Assembly: GCA_050916045.1 (NCBI GenBank) | Contig: CP051526.1 | Span: 2,720,001 to 2,784,000, forward strand | DNA from: Tepidisphaera sp. | GTDB taxonomy: Bacteria > Planctomycetota > Phycisphaerae > Phycisphaerales > UBA1924 | Direction of reading: 5' to 3' | Length of the DNA stretch: 64,000 nt | Shown: piece by piece, positions 1-9,438 of the stretch | Position numbering within the stretch: the stretch's first letter is position 1 | Layout of the letters: each line of letters begins with the position of its first letter | Notes under the pieces: model-generated | The model's database searches: none | What the model saw: the letters and a program-made list of their open reading frames with translations, nothing else | What the model was told of the DNA's origin: nothing | Translations under genes and position numbers: made by a program

Positions 1-408
1 CTCGGGGCTTTCGGCGGCGCGGAGGGGCTCCCCTCGGAGTTCGACGGCACCACGCTGCTCCGCCTCGCGCAGACATACCACGAACGCTGGGACAAGGAAG
101 CCGAGCGCACGCCGCCGACGGGCAAGGAACCCGCAACGCTTGGGCAGATCCGCCAGCGGGCCGCGGGCCGGATGGGCGTGGCTTCCAACGTCGTGCAGCG
201 CTTTGTCGCGGAACAGTCGGCGACGGTGGAACTGATGGCGTACGTCGTCGCCGCGCAGGACGCTTCGCGAGCCGAAGCCGTCTCGGCGATCATCACGCGA
301 TGGGAAGCTTCCCGTCGCACGGCCAAGCACATCTTCGAACAGATCCTTGCGGCAGAGGAAGCGATGGTCGGACTCTGGAAGCTGCGCACGCAAGGGGGTG
401 AAGCATGA
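1..408 (+). CDS. Hypothetical protein, 5'-truncated by window edge
   Basis: Frame of ORF 172..408 is open back to position 1; helical Ala/Glu/Arg-rich sequence; stop overlaps next start (ATGA). Confidence 0.6.
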   Translation, partial: LGAFGGAEGLPSEFDGTTLLRLAQTYHERWDKEAERTPPTGKEPATLGQIRQRAAGRMGVASNVVQRFVAEQSATVELMAYVVAAQDASRAEAVSAIITRWEASRRTAKHIFEQILAAEEAMVGLWKLRTQGGEA

Positions 409-1400
409 TGACGCAGACCGTTCTGGCGATCTCCGCGGGCTTGGCCTTGCTCGCGTGGCAGCCGCAGACGCCGCCACCTGCACAGCCCGCAGGTTCTCAG
501 CCGGCGGCCCCGGTCGCGACTCCTCCCGCCGCCCCGGCTGCAGTTCCGACGCCCGCGGCGCAGCCCGAGCCGGTGGTTGCGCCGCCGCAAGCTCATCCGC
601 TCGATCGGTTCCGCTCCAAGCTTGAGCGTCTGACCCCGGCGGACCCCGAGTCGTACTACAACCTTGCCGAAGAGGTCGCGGACGCGGCCGATTCGCCCGA
701 GCGCGTACGGCTTGCACAGGAGCTTTTCACCCTCGCGTTCGTGCTTGATGACGCCCGGTCGGGAGGAAAGCGCGGTGACTTCGCCGCTTCGTGCTGCGTG
801 GCGCTCTCGTCGATCGCCCGGTCCGAAGCGGACCGTCGCTGGCTCGCGGCGCTGGCTGTGGCGATCGACCCGCGTCGGCAGCCGCCGGGGTGGCTCGCGG
901 TCCAGCGAGAAGCGGCGTCGGCCCAGACCGCGTTCCAAGCGGCCTCGGCGTTGGGCTTTGCCCGAACCGGCGACGGCCGTCAGACGCTTCTCGCGCTCGA
1001 CGTTCCGGCGGTGCGGGCGCTGCTTGGCGCGTACGACCGGCTGATCATGGACAGCCCGTACCGCGGAACCCTCGCGGCCATCGAGGGCGAAGCCAGCCGC
1101 TGGCCGTGCAAGGAGTGCGGAAACCAGCGGATCGTGCGAAAGTCGAGCCGGGCGAACGACTACAAGCTTTGCAGCACCTGTAACGGCAGGCCCGGGATGA
1201 AGCTCACACCCGAACAGTGGCTGGCGCAGATTCGCCTTGAGTCGCTGCTCCTCTCGGGGATCCACCGGTCGTGGGGCGCGCAGGTCGCTTCGGACCTCGG
1301 CGAACCCCTGCGGGATCCCGACGCTCGCGAGCTCCCGGGCGTGCTCGGGGTGGATGCCGCACGGACGGTCTGGCGGAACGGGGCCTGGGCCCGACCCTGA
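405..1400 (+). CDS. Hypothetical exported protein with Pro/Ala linker, helical repeats and CxxC..CxxC zinc-binding motif
   Basis: Hydrophobic N-terminus, PAAP-rich linker, PCKECG...LCSTCNG. Confidence 0.65.
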   Translation: MMTQTVLAISAGLALLAWQPQTPPPAQPAGSQPAAPVATPPAAPAAVPTPAAQPEPVVAPPQAHPLDRFRSKLERLTPADPESYYNLAEEVADAADSPERVRLAQELFTLAFVLDDARSGGKRGDFAASCCVALSSIARSEADRRWLAALAVAIDPRRQPPGWLAVQREAASAQTAFQAASALGFARTGDGRQTLLALDVPAVRALLGAYDRLIMDSPYRGTLAAIEGEASRWPCKECGNQRIVRKSSRANDYKLCSTCNGRPGMKLTPEQWLAQIRLESLLLSGIHRSWGAQVASDLGEPLRDPDARELPGVLGVDAARTVWRNGAWARP

Positions 1401-1429
1401 CGCCTGTCCGGGTTCTACCATTGGGCCCT

Positions 1430-1870
1430 ATGAGCCAGACCCCCAACCCGCCCGCTTCGACCCCCCCCTCCCCCGCCGCGCCGGCTCCCGCTCCCGCGGC
1501 CGCCCCGGGCGGGTTCAAGCCGACCATCACGATCGAGGACTTCATGAAGCTGGACCTTCGCGTGGCGAAGGTGCTTCAGGCCGAACCCCACCCCTCCGCC
1601 GACAAGCTGCTGAAGCTTCAGCTTGACGATGGGAGCGGGACGCCGCGGCAGATCTGCGCGGGGATCAAGGAATACGTGAAGCCGGAGGACCTGGTGGGCC
1701 GGTCGATCGTGATCGTGGCCAACCTGGCGCCGCGGGTGCTCCGCGGGGAGGAATCCCGCGGGATGCTCCTGGCGGGCAGTTCCGGGCCCAAGGACGGTCC
1801 GGCGGGGTCGCGTTTGCTGGCGATCCTGACTCCGGCGGGGGACCTTCCCCCCGGTTCGATCGTCTCGTAA
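1430..1870 (+). CDS. Stand-alone tRNA-binding OB-fold protein (MetRS C-terminal / Trbp111 / CsaA family)
   Basis: ITIEDFMKLDLRVAKVLQAEPHPSADKLLKLQLD...RQICAGI...VANLAPR..RGEESRGMLL; start taken at ATG 1430. Confidence 0.9.
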   Translation: MSQTPNPPASTPPSPAAPAPAPAAAPGGFKPTITIEDFMKLDLRVAKVLQAEPHPSADKLLKLQLDDGSGTPRQICAGIKEYVKPEDLVGRSIVIVANLAPRVLRGEESRGMLLAGSSGPKDGPAGSRLLAILTPAGDLPPGSIVS

Positions 1871-2117
1871 CACACGGACGGATCGTGACCTGCGAATCCA
1901 GACGCTCCGGGGCCGCGAAAGGCAGGGAGTGGTGTAATGGTCATTCGCAGGAGCGTTCTGGATGTTTCGGTTGGCGAGTAGTACTCCATCTGCCCTGACG
2001 GGGTGCACATTCGGGACGCGTGAATGTCGCGAACGCCCGATTGCTCGCTATGATCGAGGGCACGGTTTGCGACGCGAGGAAGCGGCGGCCGGGGGCAGTC
2101 GAGTTCGGAGAGGTTCA

Positions 2118-2699
2118 TTGGATCGTCCGACGTTACTTGCCCGAATCGCTTCGGGCGATCAGTCTGCGACGCGAGAGTGCATGGACCGCTACGGCGGCCT
2201 TGTCTGGTCTCTCGCGCGGCGCCTGCTCGGCACGCACAGCGAAGCCGAAGACGCCCTGCACGAGGTGTTCATCGAGGTGTGGAAGAACGCTTGGAAGTAC
2301 GATGCATCGGTGGCGTCCGAAACGGCGTTCATCACGATGCTTGCCCGTCGGCGGATCATCGACCGTCGACGCCGGCTGGACCGGCGGCACGACCGGGAGC
2401 AGTTGCCGGAGACCGCGCCCGCCAGCGGTTCCGAGCCCTCCCGCAATCTCGGGACGTCTGAAGACGCCAAAGCCGCTGCCGTGGCGCTCGAGGAACTCAG
2501 CGACGAACAGAAGCGGTGCTTGCGGCTTTCGGTTTATGAAGGCCTGACACACGATCGCATCGCGGCGAGCACGGGGCTCCCGCTTGGAACGGTCAAGACG
2601 CACGTCCGACGCGGCCTGATGAAGATCAGGGCACTGCTCGGCGGCGAGGAAGGCCGCGAGACCGCGGCTGGCGCGGTCGCGCGGGAGGTGCGGCGATGA
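2118..2699 (+). CDS. ECF RNA polymerase sigma factor (SigK-like)
   Basis: Region 2 (EAEDALHEVFIEVWKNA..YD) and region 4 (LTHDRIAASTGLPLGTVKTHVRRGLMK); TTG start at 2118 after GGAGAGG. Confidence 0.9.
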   Translation: MDRPTLLARIASGDQSATRECMDRYGGLVWSLARRLLGTHSEAEDALHEVFIEVWKNAWKYDASVASETAFITMLARRRIIDRRRRLDRRHDREQLPETAPASGSEPSRNLGTSEDAKAAAVALEELSDEQKRCLRLSVYEGLTHDRIAASTGLPLGTVKTHVRRGLMKIRALLGGEEGRETAAGAVAREVRR

Positions 2700-3502
2700 G
2701 CAGCATTTCACGCCAACCCCGTCCCCTGTCGCCCCGCGAGGAAGAACTCCTTGCCGATCTTTCCGTCCAGGGCTTGGACGCGGCAGAGACGACGGAACTG
2801 AACAATCTGGGCGCGACGGAAAGCGACATCGAGTCGTTCGAACTCGCGGCTGCTGCGGCGATGCTCGCTTTCGAAGCTCGCGGTGCGGCGGCTTACGAGC
2901 CGATGCCCGCGGCCCTGCGTGTCCGGATCGAGAACGACCTCAACGCCCGGTTCGGCGGGGGCTCGCTCAAGATGCCGGTCGTCACCCGGAGCGGGGGCGC
3001 TTCGTGGCTCGGCTGGGCCGTCGCGGCCATGGCGACCATCACCGCGGTCGTCGCGTGGTGGCCCACGCCCAAAGCGGCACCGGTGCCCGTCGCGATCCAG
3101 CGGCAGGCGATCGTTGAGAGCGGCGCGAAGGTCATTCCCTGGTCCGACTTCAAGCACCCCGCGACGCAGGCCGATCCTGAAATCAAGGGCGTTTCCGGCG
3201 ACGTCGCGTGGAGCGAGTCCGAGCAGCGCGGGTTCATGCGGATCGTCGGCCTCAAGGCCAACGACCCCACCGTGGAACGCTACCAGCTTTGGATCATCGA
3301 CGAACGCGGGATCGAGCAGCGCGTCAGCGGCGGACTGTTTGACGTCGCGAGCACCGGCGAGGTGGTCGTGCCGTTCAAGCCCGAGCTCAAGATCAAGGGC
3401 GCGGCGATCTTCGCGGTTACGATCGAGAAGCCCGATGGCGTGGTCGTCTCCGACATGTCCAGGCGTGCTTGCTGGGCGGTTGCTCCGGCTCCGAAGAGCT
3501 GA
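2696..3502 (+). CDS. Anti-sigma factor (RskA-like)
   Basis: Overlaps sigma stop (ATGA); one TM helix (WLGWAVAAMATITAVVAWW); YQLWII and FAVTIEKPDG motifs. Confidence 0.85.
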   Translation: MSSISRQPRPLSPREEELLADLSVQGLDAAETTELNNLGATESDIESFELAAAAAMLAFEARGAAAYEPMPAALRVRIENDLNARFGGGSLKMPVVTRSGGASWLGWAVAAMATITAVVAWWPTPKAAPVPVAIQRQAIVESGAKVIPWSDFKHPATQADPEIKGVSGDVAWSESEQRGFMRIVGLKANDPTVERYQLWIIDERGIEQRVSGGLFDVASTGEVVVPFKPELKIKGAAIFAVTIEKPDGVVVSDMSRRACWAVAPAPKS

Positions 3503-3523
3503 GCTTCAAGGCTCGGTCGCGGC

Positions 3524-4579
3524 TCAACTCGCGAGGAACGCATCGGCTTGTTTCTCGAACTCCGCGTGCAAGCGTGCGTTGGCGATGCCGCCGTCGAAGT
3601 GGCCGTACCGCACGATGAACCGTGTTCGCTCGTCGGTTGCCGAGCCCAGAGCGTTTCGGATCGCGGCTTGCGAGGGCGCGGGGACGAGGTCGTCGCGGAG
3701 GGCGAGCTTGACCATCGCGGGGCAGCGGACCGTCGGCGCGTGGAGCGTGGCATCGCAGTAGCGGAGCACGTCGACCGTCGCGGCGGCTCTCTCGCCGAGG
3801 CGGATGAGCAACTCGCGGATTTCGCGGCCCATTCCGGCACGGGGAAGGTCGGCTTCGGGGATCGCGACGCGCCACGCCCAATCGCCGAGGGTCGGCACGC
3901 CGAGGACGAGCTTGGCGATCGGAAGCTTTGAGGCGAGCTGGGCGGCGGCGATGACGGCGAGGCCGCCGCCGAAGCTCTCGCCGCGGAGGGCGATGGGTAC
4001 GGATGCGCCGGGGGCGGGAGAGAGGTGCGCGGCGAGCACGCGGCAGGCGTTGGCGACGTCCGCGACCGCGCCGGGAAGCACCCAGTGCAGCGCATCCTCG
4101 GGCGCGTGCATCAGCCGCTCAAGACCATGAGTGATGTAGCCCGTCGGGTGACGCTCGAGCGGGCCCACGCCGAGTTGTGACCCCGCGTAGCCACGCACGC
4201 GGACGAGTAGCACCGCGACGCCGCGACGCGACAGAGCGGAGTATCGCTCTTCATCCTTTGCGAGCGGATCCACACCGCTGTAGCCGTGCGTGACGACGAC
4301 CCCGAGCCGCGCGGGGGCCGGGTTGCCCGCGGGGTCGCGAGCGGGGATCAAGCGGCAGCCGATGCGCTCGGTGCGGCCGAGGAGCGTGCTTCGGAAGCGG
4401 TGCGTGACGCCCGGATCGGACGCGTCGGCGACCGGATGGCTTTCGAGCGTGGGCGTCTCGGCCCAGAAGTCGCGTTGCCACGCTTGCCAGAACGCTTGGA
4501 AACCCGGCGGAAGCGTCGGGTCCGCGACGTGGGCGAGCGTCGCGGCGGGGGAGAAGCCGAAATCGTGAGGGAGATTCAT
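3524..4579 (-). CDS. Acetylxylan esterase-like alpha/beta hydrolase (CE7/AXE1-like)
   Basis: PPGFQAFW, HGYSG, nucleophile elbow GESFGGG, DDLVPAPSQ, YGH. Confidence 0.8.
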   Translation of the reverse strand: MNLPHDFGFSPAATLAHVADPTLPPGFQAFWQAWQRDFWAETPTLESHPVADASDPGVTHRFRSTLLGRTERIGCRLIPARDPAGNPAPARLGVVVTHGYSGVDPLAKDEERYSALSRRGVAVLLVRVRGYAGSQLGVGPLERHPTGYITHGLERLMHAPEDALHWVLPGAVADVANACRVLAAHLSPAPGASVPIALRGESFGGGLAVIAAAQLASKLPIAKLVLGVPTLGDWAWRVAIPEADLPRAGMGREIRELLIRLGERAAATVDVLRYCDATLHAPTVRCPAMVKLALRDDLVPAPSQAAIRNALGSATDERTRFIVRYGHFDGGIANARLHAEFEKQADAFLAS

Positions 4580-4612
4580 CGGCGGGGCCCGCTTGGCGTG
4601 AGACCGGGTTGC

Positions 4613-5899
4613 TCAGTCCTTGAAGGGCGTGCCGTTCCAGTCGGCGATCCAGACCTGGCTGCTGGAGCGGGGCTCGCCTTCGATCTTGGGCCCGCGCTGG
4701 CTGCACCAGAGCATTTTCTTACCGTCGGGGCTGAAGACGGGGAGGACGTCGGCGCCGTCGGCGTGGGTGATGCGGATGTGCGGCATGTTGGCTATGACGC
4801 GGGTCTTCTCATCGCCGCCGGTCTTCATCGCGGCTTGGAACTTCGCGGCGTTCAGTTCGATCGCGAAGACCTCGTAGTTCTGGTGGCCGACTTCGCTGGT
4901 CGCATACACCAGATAGTCGCCCGACGGGTGGAAGAACGGACACCAGTTGACGTGGGCGTTGTCGGTGATCTGGAATTCCTGCTCGATGCCGGTGGGGATC
5001 ATCGTGCCATCCGAGTCCTTCGTAAACGCGAGCTTGGCGACGAAGAGCTGAAGCTCATCGTTCCCGCGACGGTCCGAGCGGTAGCAGATCCACTCGCCGC
5101 TGGGAGAGAAGAACGGTCCGCCGTCGTAGCCCGGAGCGACGACGATCGGGTAATCCTTCTTGGTCTTCGTGTCGTAGATGTAGAGGTTGGCGTCGGGCTT
5201 GGGGGGAGGGGCATCCTTCGGTGCATCCGCGGCGGGCTTGGGGGCGTCTTCGATGTGGGCGTAGAGGATGAAGCGACCGGTCTTGTCGAAGGAGCATTCG
5301 GCGTCGTAGTTGGGTCGCTCGAAAACGGGTTCAATCTCGAAAAGGTGGTCAAATTGAGTCTTGGCCGAGGGGGGGGGGACGAGAACCGAAACGATGTCCA
5401 TCTCGGAAGGAAACGCCCAGCGGTAGCGACTTGTTCCACGCTGATAGCCCGAAGAAACGTCTTCCTTCGGAACGATGATCGTGCTGCCGAAGATGACACG
5501 AGGCTCGGTCGGATGAAACCACCCGCAGGTGTTCGCGGAGCCGGGAGGACTCACCTTCTCGAGATCCGTCAGCTTATCGCCGTCAAGCTTTGCCACGTAC
5601 ATCGCGTAGTACGGCTCAGGGTCCTTGCCCTGCCCGGGCACTTCGATCGCCTGAAAGACGATCATCTTTCCGTCCGGCGAGAAGTAGTTCTCGCCAGCCT
5701 TGACGAACTTGTCGCGGAAGGTGAGCTGCTTGTGGTTGGTCAGGAGCGGGGCTTCAAGCTTGGACCAGTCGAGCGGGGCCGGTTTTGTCTCGCCCGGTTG
5801 TCCGGTCGGCTGTGCGGGGGGCTTTCCGGCGGGTTGCTCGGAGGTGAGGCCACCGGCGGTCATGGCGAGAAGGGAAACGAGCGTCGAGGTCAGAAGCAT
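4613..5899 (-). CDS. Secreted TolB-like (PD40 repeat) beta-propeller protein
   Basis: Signal peptide; ENYFSPDG, YDAECSF, YDGGPFFSPSG, WCPFFHPSG, LPVFSPDG repeats. Confidence 0.85.
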   Translation of the reverse strand: MLLTSTLVSLLAMTAGGLTSEQPAGKPPAQPTGQPGETKPAPLDWSKLEAPLLTNHKQLTFRDKFVKAGENYFSPDGKMIVFQAIEVPGQGKDPEPYYAMYVAKLDGDKLTDLEKVSPPGSANTCGWFHPTEPRVIFGSTIIVPKEDVSSGYQRGTSRYRWAFPSEMDIVSVLVPPPSAKTQFDHLFEIEPVFERPNYDAECSFDKTGRFILYAHIEDAPKPAADAPKDAPPPKPDANLYIYDTKTKKDYPIVVAPGYDGGPFFSPSGEWICYRSDRRGNDELQLFVAKLAFTKDSDGTMIPTGIEQEFQITDNAHVNWCPFFHPSGDYLVYATSEVGHQNYEVFAIELNAAKFQAAMKTGGDEKTRVIANMPHIRITHADGADVLPVFSPDGKKMLWCSQRGPKIEGEPRSSSQVWIADWNGTPFKD

Positions 5900-6005
5900 G
5901 GCCGAATCCTAGCGAGCGTCCGCCCCGATTCGACCTTGTCGCCGGGCGAAATCACGCCAAAGCAGGCTTTTTCCTCCCGGCTTCCGTGCCCGATTCCTCG
6001 CCGAC

Positions 6006-8177
6006 CTACTTGCCCGCCCGGGCAAGGTGCTCGGGCAGGATCGCTTTGCGGAGGGAGCCCGGCGAGGAGATGACCAAGCCGAGCCCGGCCCCGCCGGTGG
6101 CTTCGAACATCTCGACGGTGATCGGGTGCCAGCCGCCGGCGAGGACGACCGTCGCCGACTTCTCGGCCAGGCTGTGAAGCCCGTCGTTGTCGACGGTCAC
6201 GCCGGAGCCGATCAGGAGTCGGCTCCCGTCATCGCTCGCGAGGTGGAACGTGTAGACGTCGGTCTTGGGGACGTAGACGTATCCGGTAAAGCGGAGGGCG
6301 TAGTTGTCGTCCGCGCAGGCTTCCTTGATCGAGATCTCCTTGGCGATCCCTTCCTTCGCGGGCTTGAGGGTCGCAAAGTCCGGCAGCTTCTTGAACTCCC
6401 CGGTGTAGCAGGCGACGCTGAGGCCGGGCTCGGTCTTGTCGAGCACGACGCTGGCCCGGGGCGGAGCGTTGACGAACGCGCGAGCGACGACGGGCGTGAC
6501 GGCTTTGCCGCCGCGGAACGCGCGGGCCTTGATCACCATGGCTTTCGTGATCGCGAAGGACCCCTCGTACTTCCGCGACTCGGCGGTCGGCTCGGTTCCA
6601 TCGCCGGTGTACCGGATCTCGACACCCTTCATCGGGCAGTCGATCGTGACATCGGTCGAGGTGACGAACTGGTCGGCGAACGCGTTGATCGTCGGGGCGA
6701 TGGAAGCATCGGGAGCGCCGCCGACCTCAATCGCAAAGACCGTGACCGGAGCCGGAGCGGATTTCACCGCGTCCATCGCGGCCGAAACATCCACCTCGAT
6801 CGACCCGCCAAGCTGCTTGGCCACGAGCTTGGCATCCCGAGCGGGCGCGTGCAAAGCCCACGCTTTGACCGGCTCATTCAGCAGCCCGGGCAGGACGAGC
6901 TTGCCGTCGGCGGGCATCTCGAAGACGTGCAGGTACAAGCGGGTGATCAGGTTGCCGTTGTCGCCCTTGACGGACTTGAGCGTGACGCGGCCCCATTTGG
7001 GCATCTCGCTCAGCGGGCTCCGCTGCGTGCCATAAATGGCTTCGCCGTTGACCCGCATCCACGCACCGATCTCCTTCAGCATCTTGACGCTTTCGGGCGG
7101 GATTTCGCCCTCGGCGGTCGGGCCGACGTTGAGGAGAAAGTTGCCGCCCTTGCTCGCGATGTCGCAGAGCTTCTGAACGAGGTCCGTCGTGTTCTTGAAG
7201 TTCTTGTCGGCGGCGTTGTACCCCCAGTTGCCGTTCATCGTCATGCAGGTTTCCCAGTCGCCGGGGAGGCCGGTCTCGGGAATGGTCTGCTCGGGGGTCG
7301 CGTAGTCGCCGAGGAAGCCGGCTTCGGTCGAACCTTCCATGCCGGCGCGGCCCTTGTCGATGCGGTTGTTGACGACGACGTTCGGGGCGATCTTGCGCAT
7401 GTAAGCGTGCAGATCCTTGCCGCGCTCGTGCGTCCAGGTCCCCTCCCACTCACCGTCGAACCAGATCAGGCCGGGGTCATACTTGGGCGAACAGATCTCG
7501 GCGAGCTGGGCTTTCAGGTACGTGACGAACCGGTCGAAGTCGGCGCCGTCGGTGCCGCGAGCGGCTTTTTCCCACGGGCGGCGCGGGAGGTAGTCCGGGT
7601 GGTGCCAGTCCATGATGGAGTGGTACATGCAGAAGCGGACGGGGTACGTCGGCTCGCCGCTCGCCGTGCCCGCTTTGGTCTTCTTGCAAGCGTCGGAAAG
7701 CTCCTTCATGATGTCGCGTTTGAAGGGCGTGAACATCACGTCCCAGTCGGTCTGGGCGGAGTCGAAGAGTGCAAAGCCGTCGTGGTGCTTGCTGGTGATG
7801 ACCAGATACCGCATCCCGGCTTCCTGAGCGAGCGCGACCCACGCGTCGGCGTCGAACTTGGTCGGGTTGAACTTGGCTTTCAGCTTGTCGTATTCCTCGA
7901 GCGGGATCTGTGCCGTGTCGCGGATCCACTCGCCGTGCCTGTTGCCCTTGCCGGGCCATTCGCCCGCGGGGATCGCGTACAAGCCCCAGTGGATGAACAT
8001 GCCGAACCGGGCATCGCGCCACCACCCCATGCGGGCTTCGTGGTCGGCGTCGGAAGCAGCATCGGCCGCCGGCGACGGTGCGGGGGCGAGCGGCTCAAGA
8101 TGGGTCGTTGCGGACACGGGCAGCCCGGCGAAAGCGGACACGATCCCGACCAGACCGGCGAGAAGGGGCTTGTTCAT
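6006..8177 (-). CDS. Alpha-L-fucosidase (GH29) with C-terminal Fn3-associated and PA14 domains
   Basis: WWRDARFGMFIHWG, TSKHHDGF, WFDGEW, WETCMTMN, GNFLLNVGP; IRYTGDGTEP; SDDGSRLLI..DNDGLH. Confidence 0.92.
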   Translation of the reverse strand: MNKPLLAGLVGIVSAFAGLPVSATTHLEPLAPAPSPAADAASDADHEARMGWWRDARFGMFIHWGLYAIPAGEWPGKGNRHGEWIRDTAQIPLEEYDKLKAKFNPTKFDADAWVALAQEAGMRYLVITSKHHDGFALFDSAQTDWDVMFTPFKRDIMKELSDACKKTKAGTASGEPTYPVRFCMYHSIMDWHHPDYLPRRPWEKAARGTDGADFDRFVTYLKAQLAEICSPKYDPGLIWFDGEWEGTWTHERGKDLHAYMRKIAPNVVVNNRIDKGRAGMEGSTEAGFLGDYATPEQTIPETGLPGDWETCMTMNGNWGYNAADKNFKNTTDLVQKLCDIASKGGNFLLNVGPTAEGEIPPESVKMLKEIGAWMRVNGEAIYGTQRSPLSEMPKWGRVTLKSVKGDNGNLITRLYLHVFEMPADGKLVLPGLLNEPVKAWALHAPARDAKLVAKQLGGSIEVDVSAAMDAVKSAPAPVTVFAIEVGGAPDASIAPTINAFADQFVTSTDVTIDCPMKGVEIRYTGDGTEPTAESRKYEGSFAITKAMVIKARAFRGGKAVTPVVARAFVNAPPRASVVLDKTEPGLSVACYTGEFKKLPDFATLKPAKEGIAKEISIKEACADDNYALRFTGYVYVPKTDVYTFHLASDDGSRLLIGSGVTVDNDGLHSLAEKSATVVLAGGWHPITVEMFEATGGAGLGLVISSPGSLRKAILPEHLARAGK

Positions 8178-8259
8178 GGCCCGAGTGTACCAAAATCCGC
8201 CGCGTCCGCGTCCGGATTCCGGGTGGGTGCGTTTCGCCCGAACCCACACCGGAGGGGGC

Positions 8260-9306
8260 TTACCACTTGATCACGATCTTGCCGAACTGCTCACCCTGCT
8301 CGAGGCGGGCGTAGGCCTGCTGAGCGTCGGTGGGGTCAAAGACGCGGTCGACGACGGCGGTGATCGCCCCCGCGCGGAACAAGCTCACGACCTCGCGGAA
8401 CTCGGCGTTGGTGCCCATCGTCGACCCGAACAGCCGGAGCTGGTTCCAGAAGATGCGAGCGAGATCCGTCGTCGCGTCGGGGCCGCTGGTGCAGCCGGGC
8501 GTGACGTACGCGCCGCCGCGAGCGAGGGATTTGATGCAGTTGAGGTGCGTGGCTTTCCCGGAGGAATCAACCGCGAGGTCGACGCCCCGCTTGTTTGTCC
8601 AGGCGCGGACCTCCTTGGACCAGTCCTGCCCCTTGTCGAGGATGGCGAGGTCGGCTCCCAAGCTCTTGGCTTGGTCGACCTTCCACTGGTGACGGCTGGT
8701 GACGGCGACGGGGCAGCCGCGCTGCTTGGCGATCTGGAGGGCGCTGGTCGCGACGCCGCCGCCGATGCCGGTGATGAGGACCGTCTGGCCGCAGGCGAGC
8801 TTGGCTTTGGTGATCATCATCGACCACGCAGTGAGGGCGCACAGGCCGAACGCGGCGGCTTGCACGGGGTCCGCTTCCCCCACCGTCGCGAGGTTGGCGG
8901 CGGGAGCGAGAAACTTCTCGCAGAGCATGCCGTTGTGGTGCTCACCGATGAGCTCGTAGATCGGAGCGAGCGTCGTCGCGGGCGGGTCGGCGGGATGCTC
9001 GCGCTCGGGCACGACGGTCGCGGCGTTGACGATGACTCGCTTGCCGACCCACGCGGCATCCACGCCGGGGCCGACGGCTTCGACCACGGCGCATGCGTCG
9101 CAACCGGAAACCCGGGGGTAGTTGAGCGTGAGGCCGGGGACGCCGCGGCCGACCCAGAGGTCCATGTGGTTGAAGGCGGTGGCGAGCGTGCGGAGCAGAG
9201 CCTGCCCGGGGCCGGGAGCGGCCGGCTCGGGCCAGTCGGTGCGGAAGGCGATGTTGGGAGTGACGGGGTTGCCCTGACGCTCGACGACGATGGCTCGCAT
9301 CACCAA
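8260..9306 (-). CDS. MDR-family (zinc-binding/quinone) oxidoreductase
   Basis: NHMDLWV.RG, SGCDACAVV, LTAWSMM, VLITGIGGGVA, GSTMG, QFGKIV. Confidence 0.88.
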   Translation of the reverse strand: MVMRAIVVERQGNPVTPNIAFRTDWPEPAAPGPGQALLRTLATAFNHMDLWVGRGVPGLTLNYPRVSGCDACAVVEAVGPGVDAAWVGKRVIVNAATVVPEREHPADPPATTLAPIYELIGEHHNGMLCEKFLAPAANLATVGEADPVQAAAFGLCALTAWSMMITKAKLACGQTVLITGIGGGVATSALQIAKQRGCPVAVTSRHQWKVDQAKSLGADLAILDKGQDWSKEVRAWTNKRGVDLAVDSSGKATHLNCIKSLARGGAYVTPGCTSGPDATTDLARIFWNQLRLFGSTMGTNAEFREVVSLFRAGAITAVVDRVFDPTDAQQAYARLEQGEQFGKIVIKW

Positions 9307-9438
9307 GCGAAGGACGGGGAATGGTCGGTGTCAAGCGGCCGAGAAGTCGGGAAGGTCGAGAAATCGTGAAGGGGTGAAGGTGCGGATCGCGGCTGAAGAG
9401 GTGCGGCCCTCCCTGGGGCCTCAAACAAGGAGACGCAC

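Noticed and set aside
2003..2010. GTGCACAT upstream of host ECF sigma
   Set aside because: Only a short partial match with no GCGCGACA at the right spacing
4286..8270. Long plus-strand ORFs 4286..6073 and 6027..8270
   Set aside because: Antisense shadows of the TolB-like and fucosidase genes, as expected in high-GC DNA; no motifs
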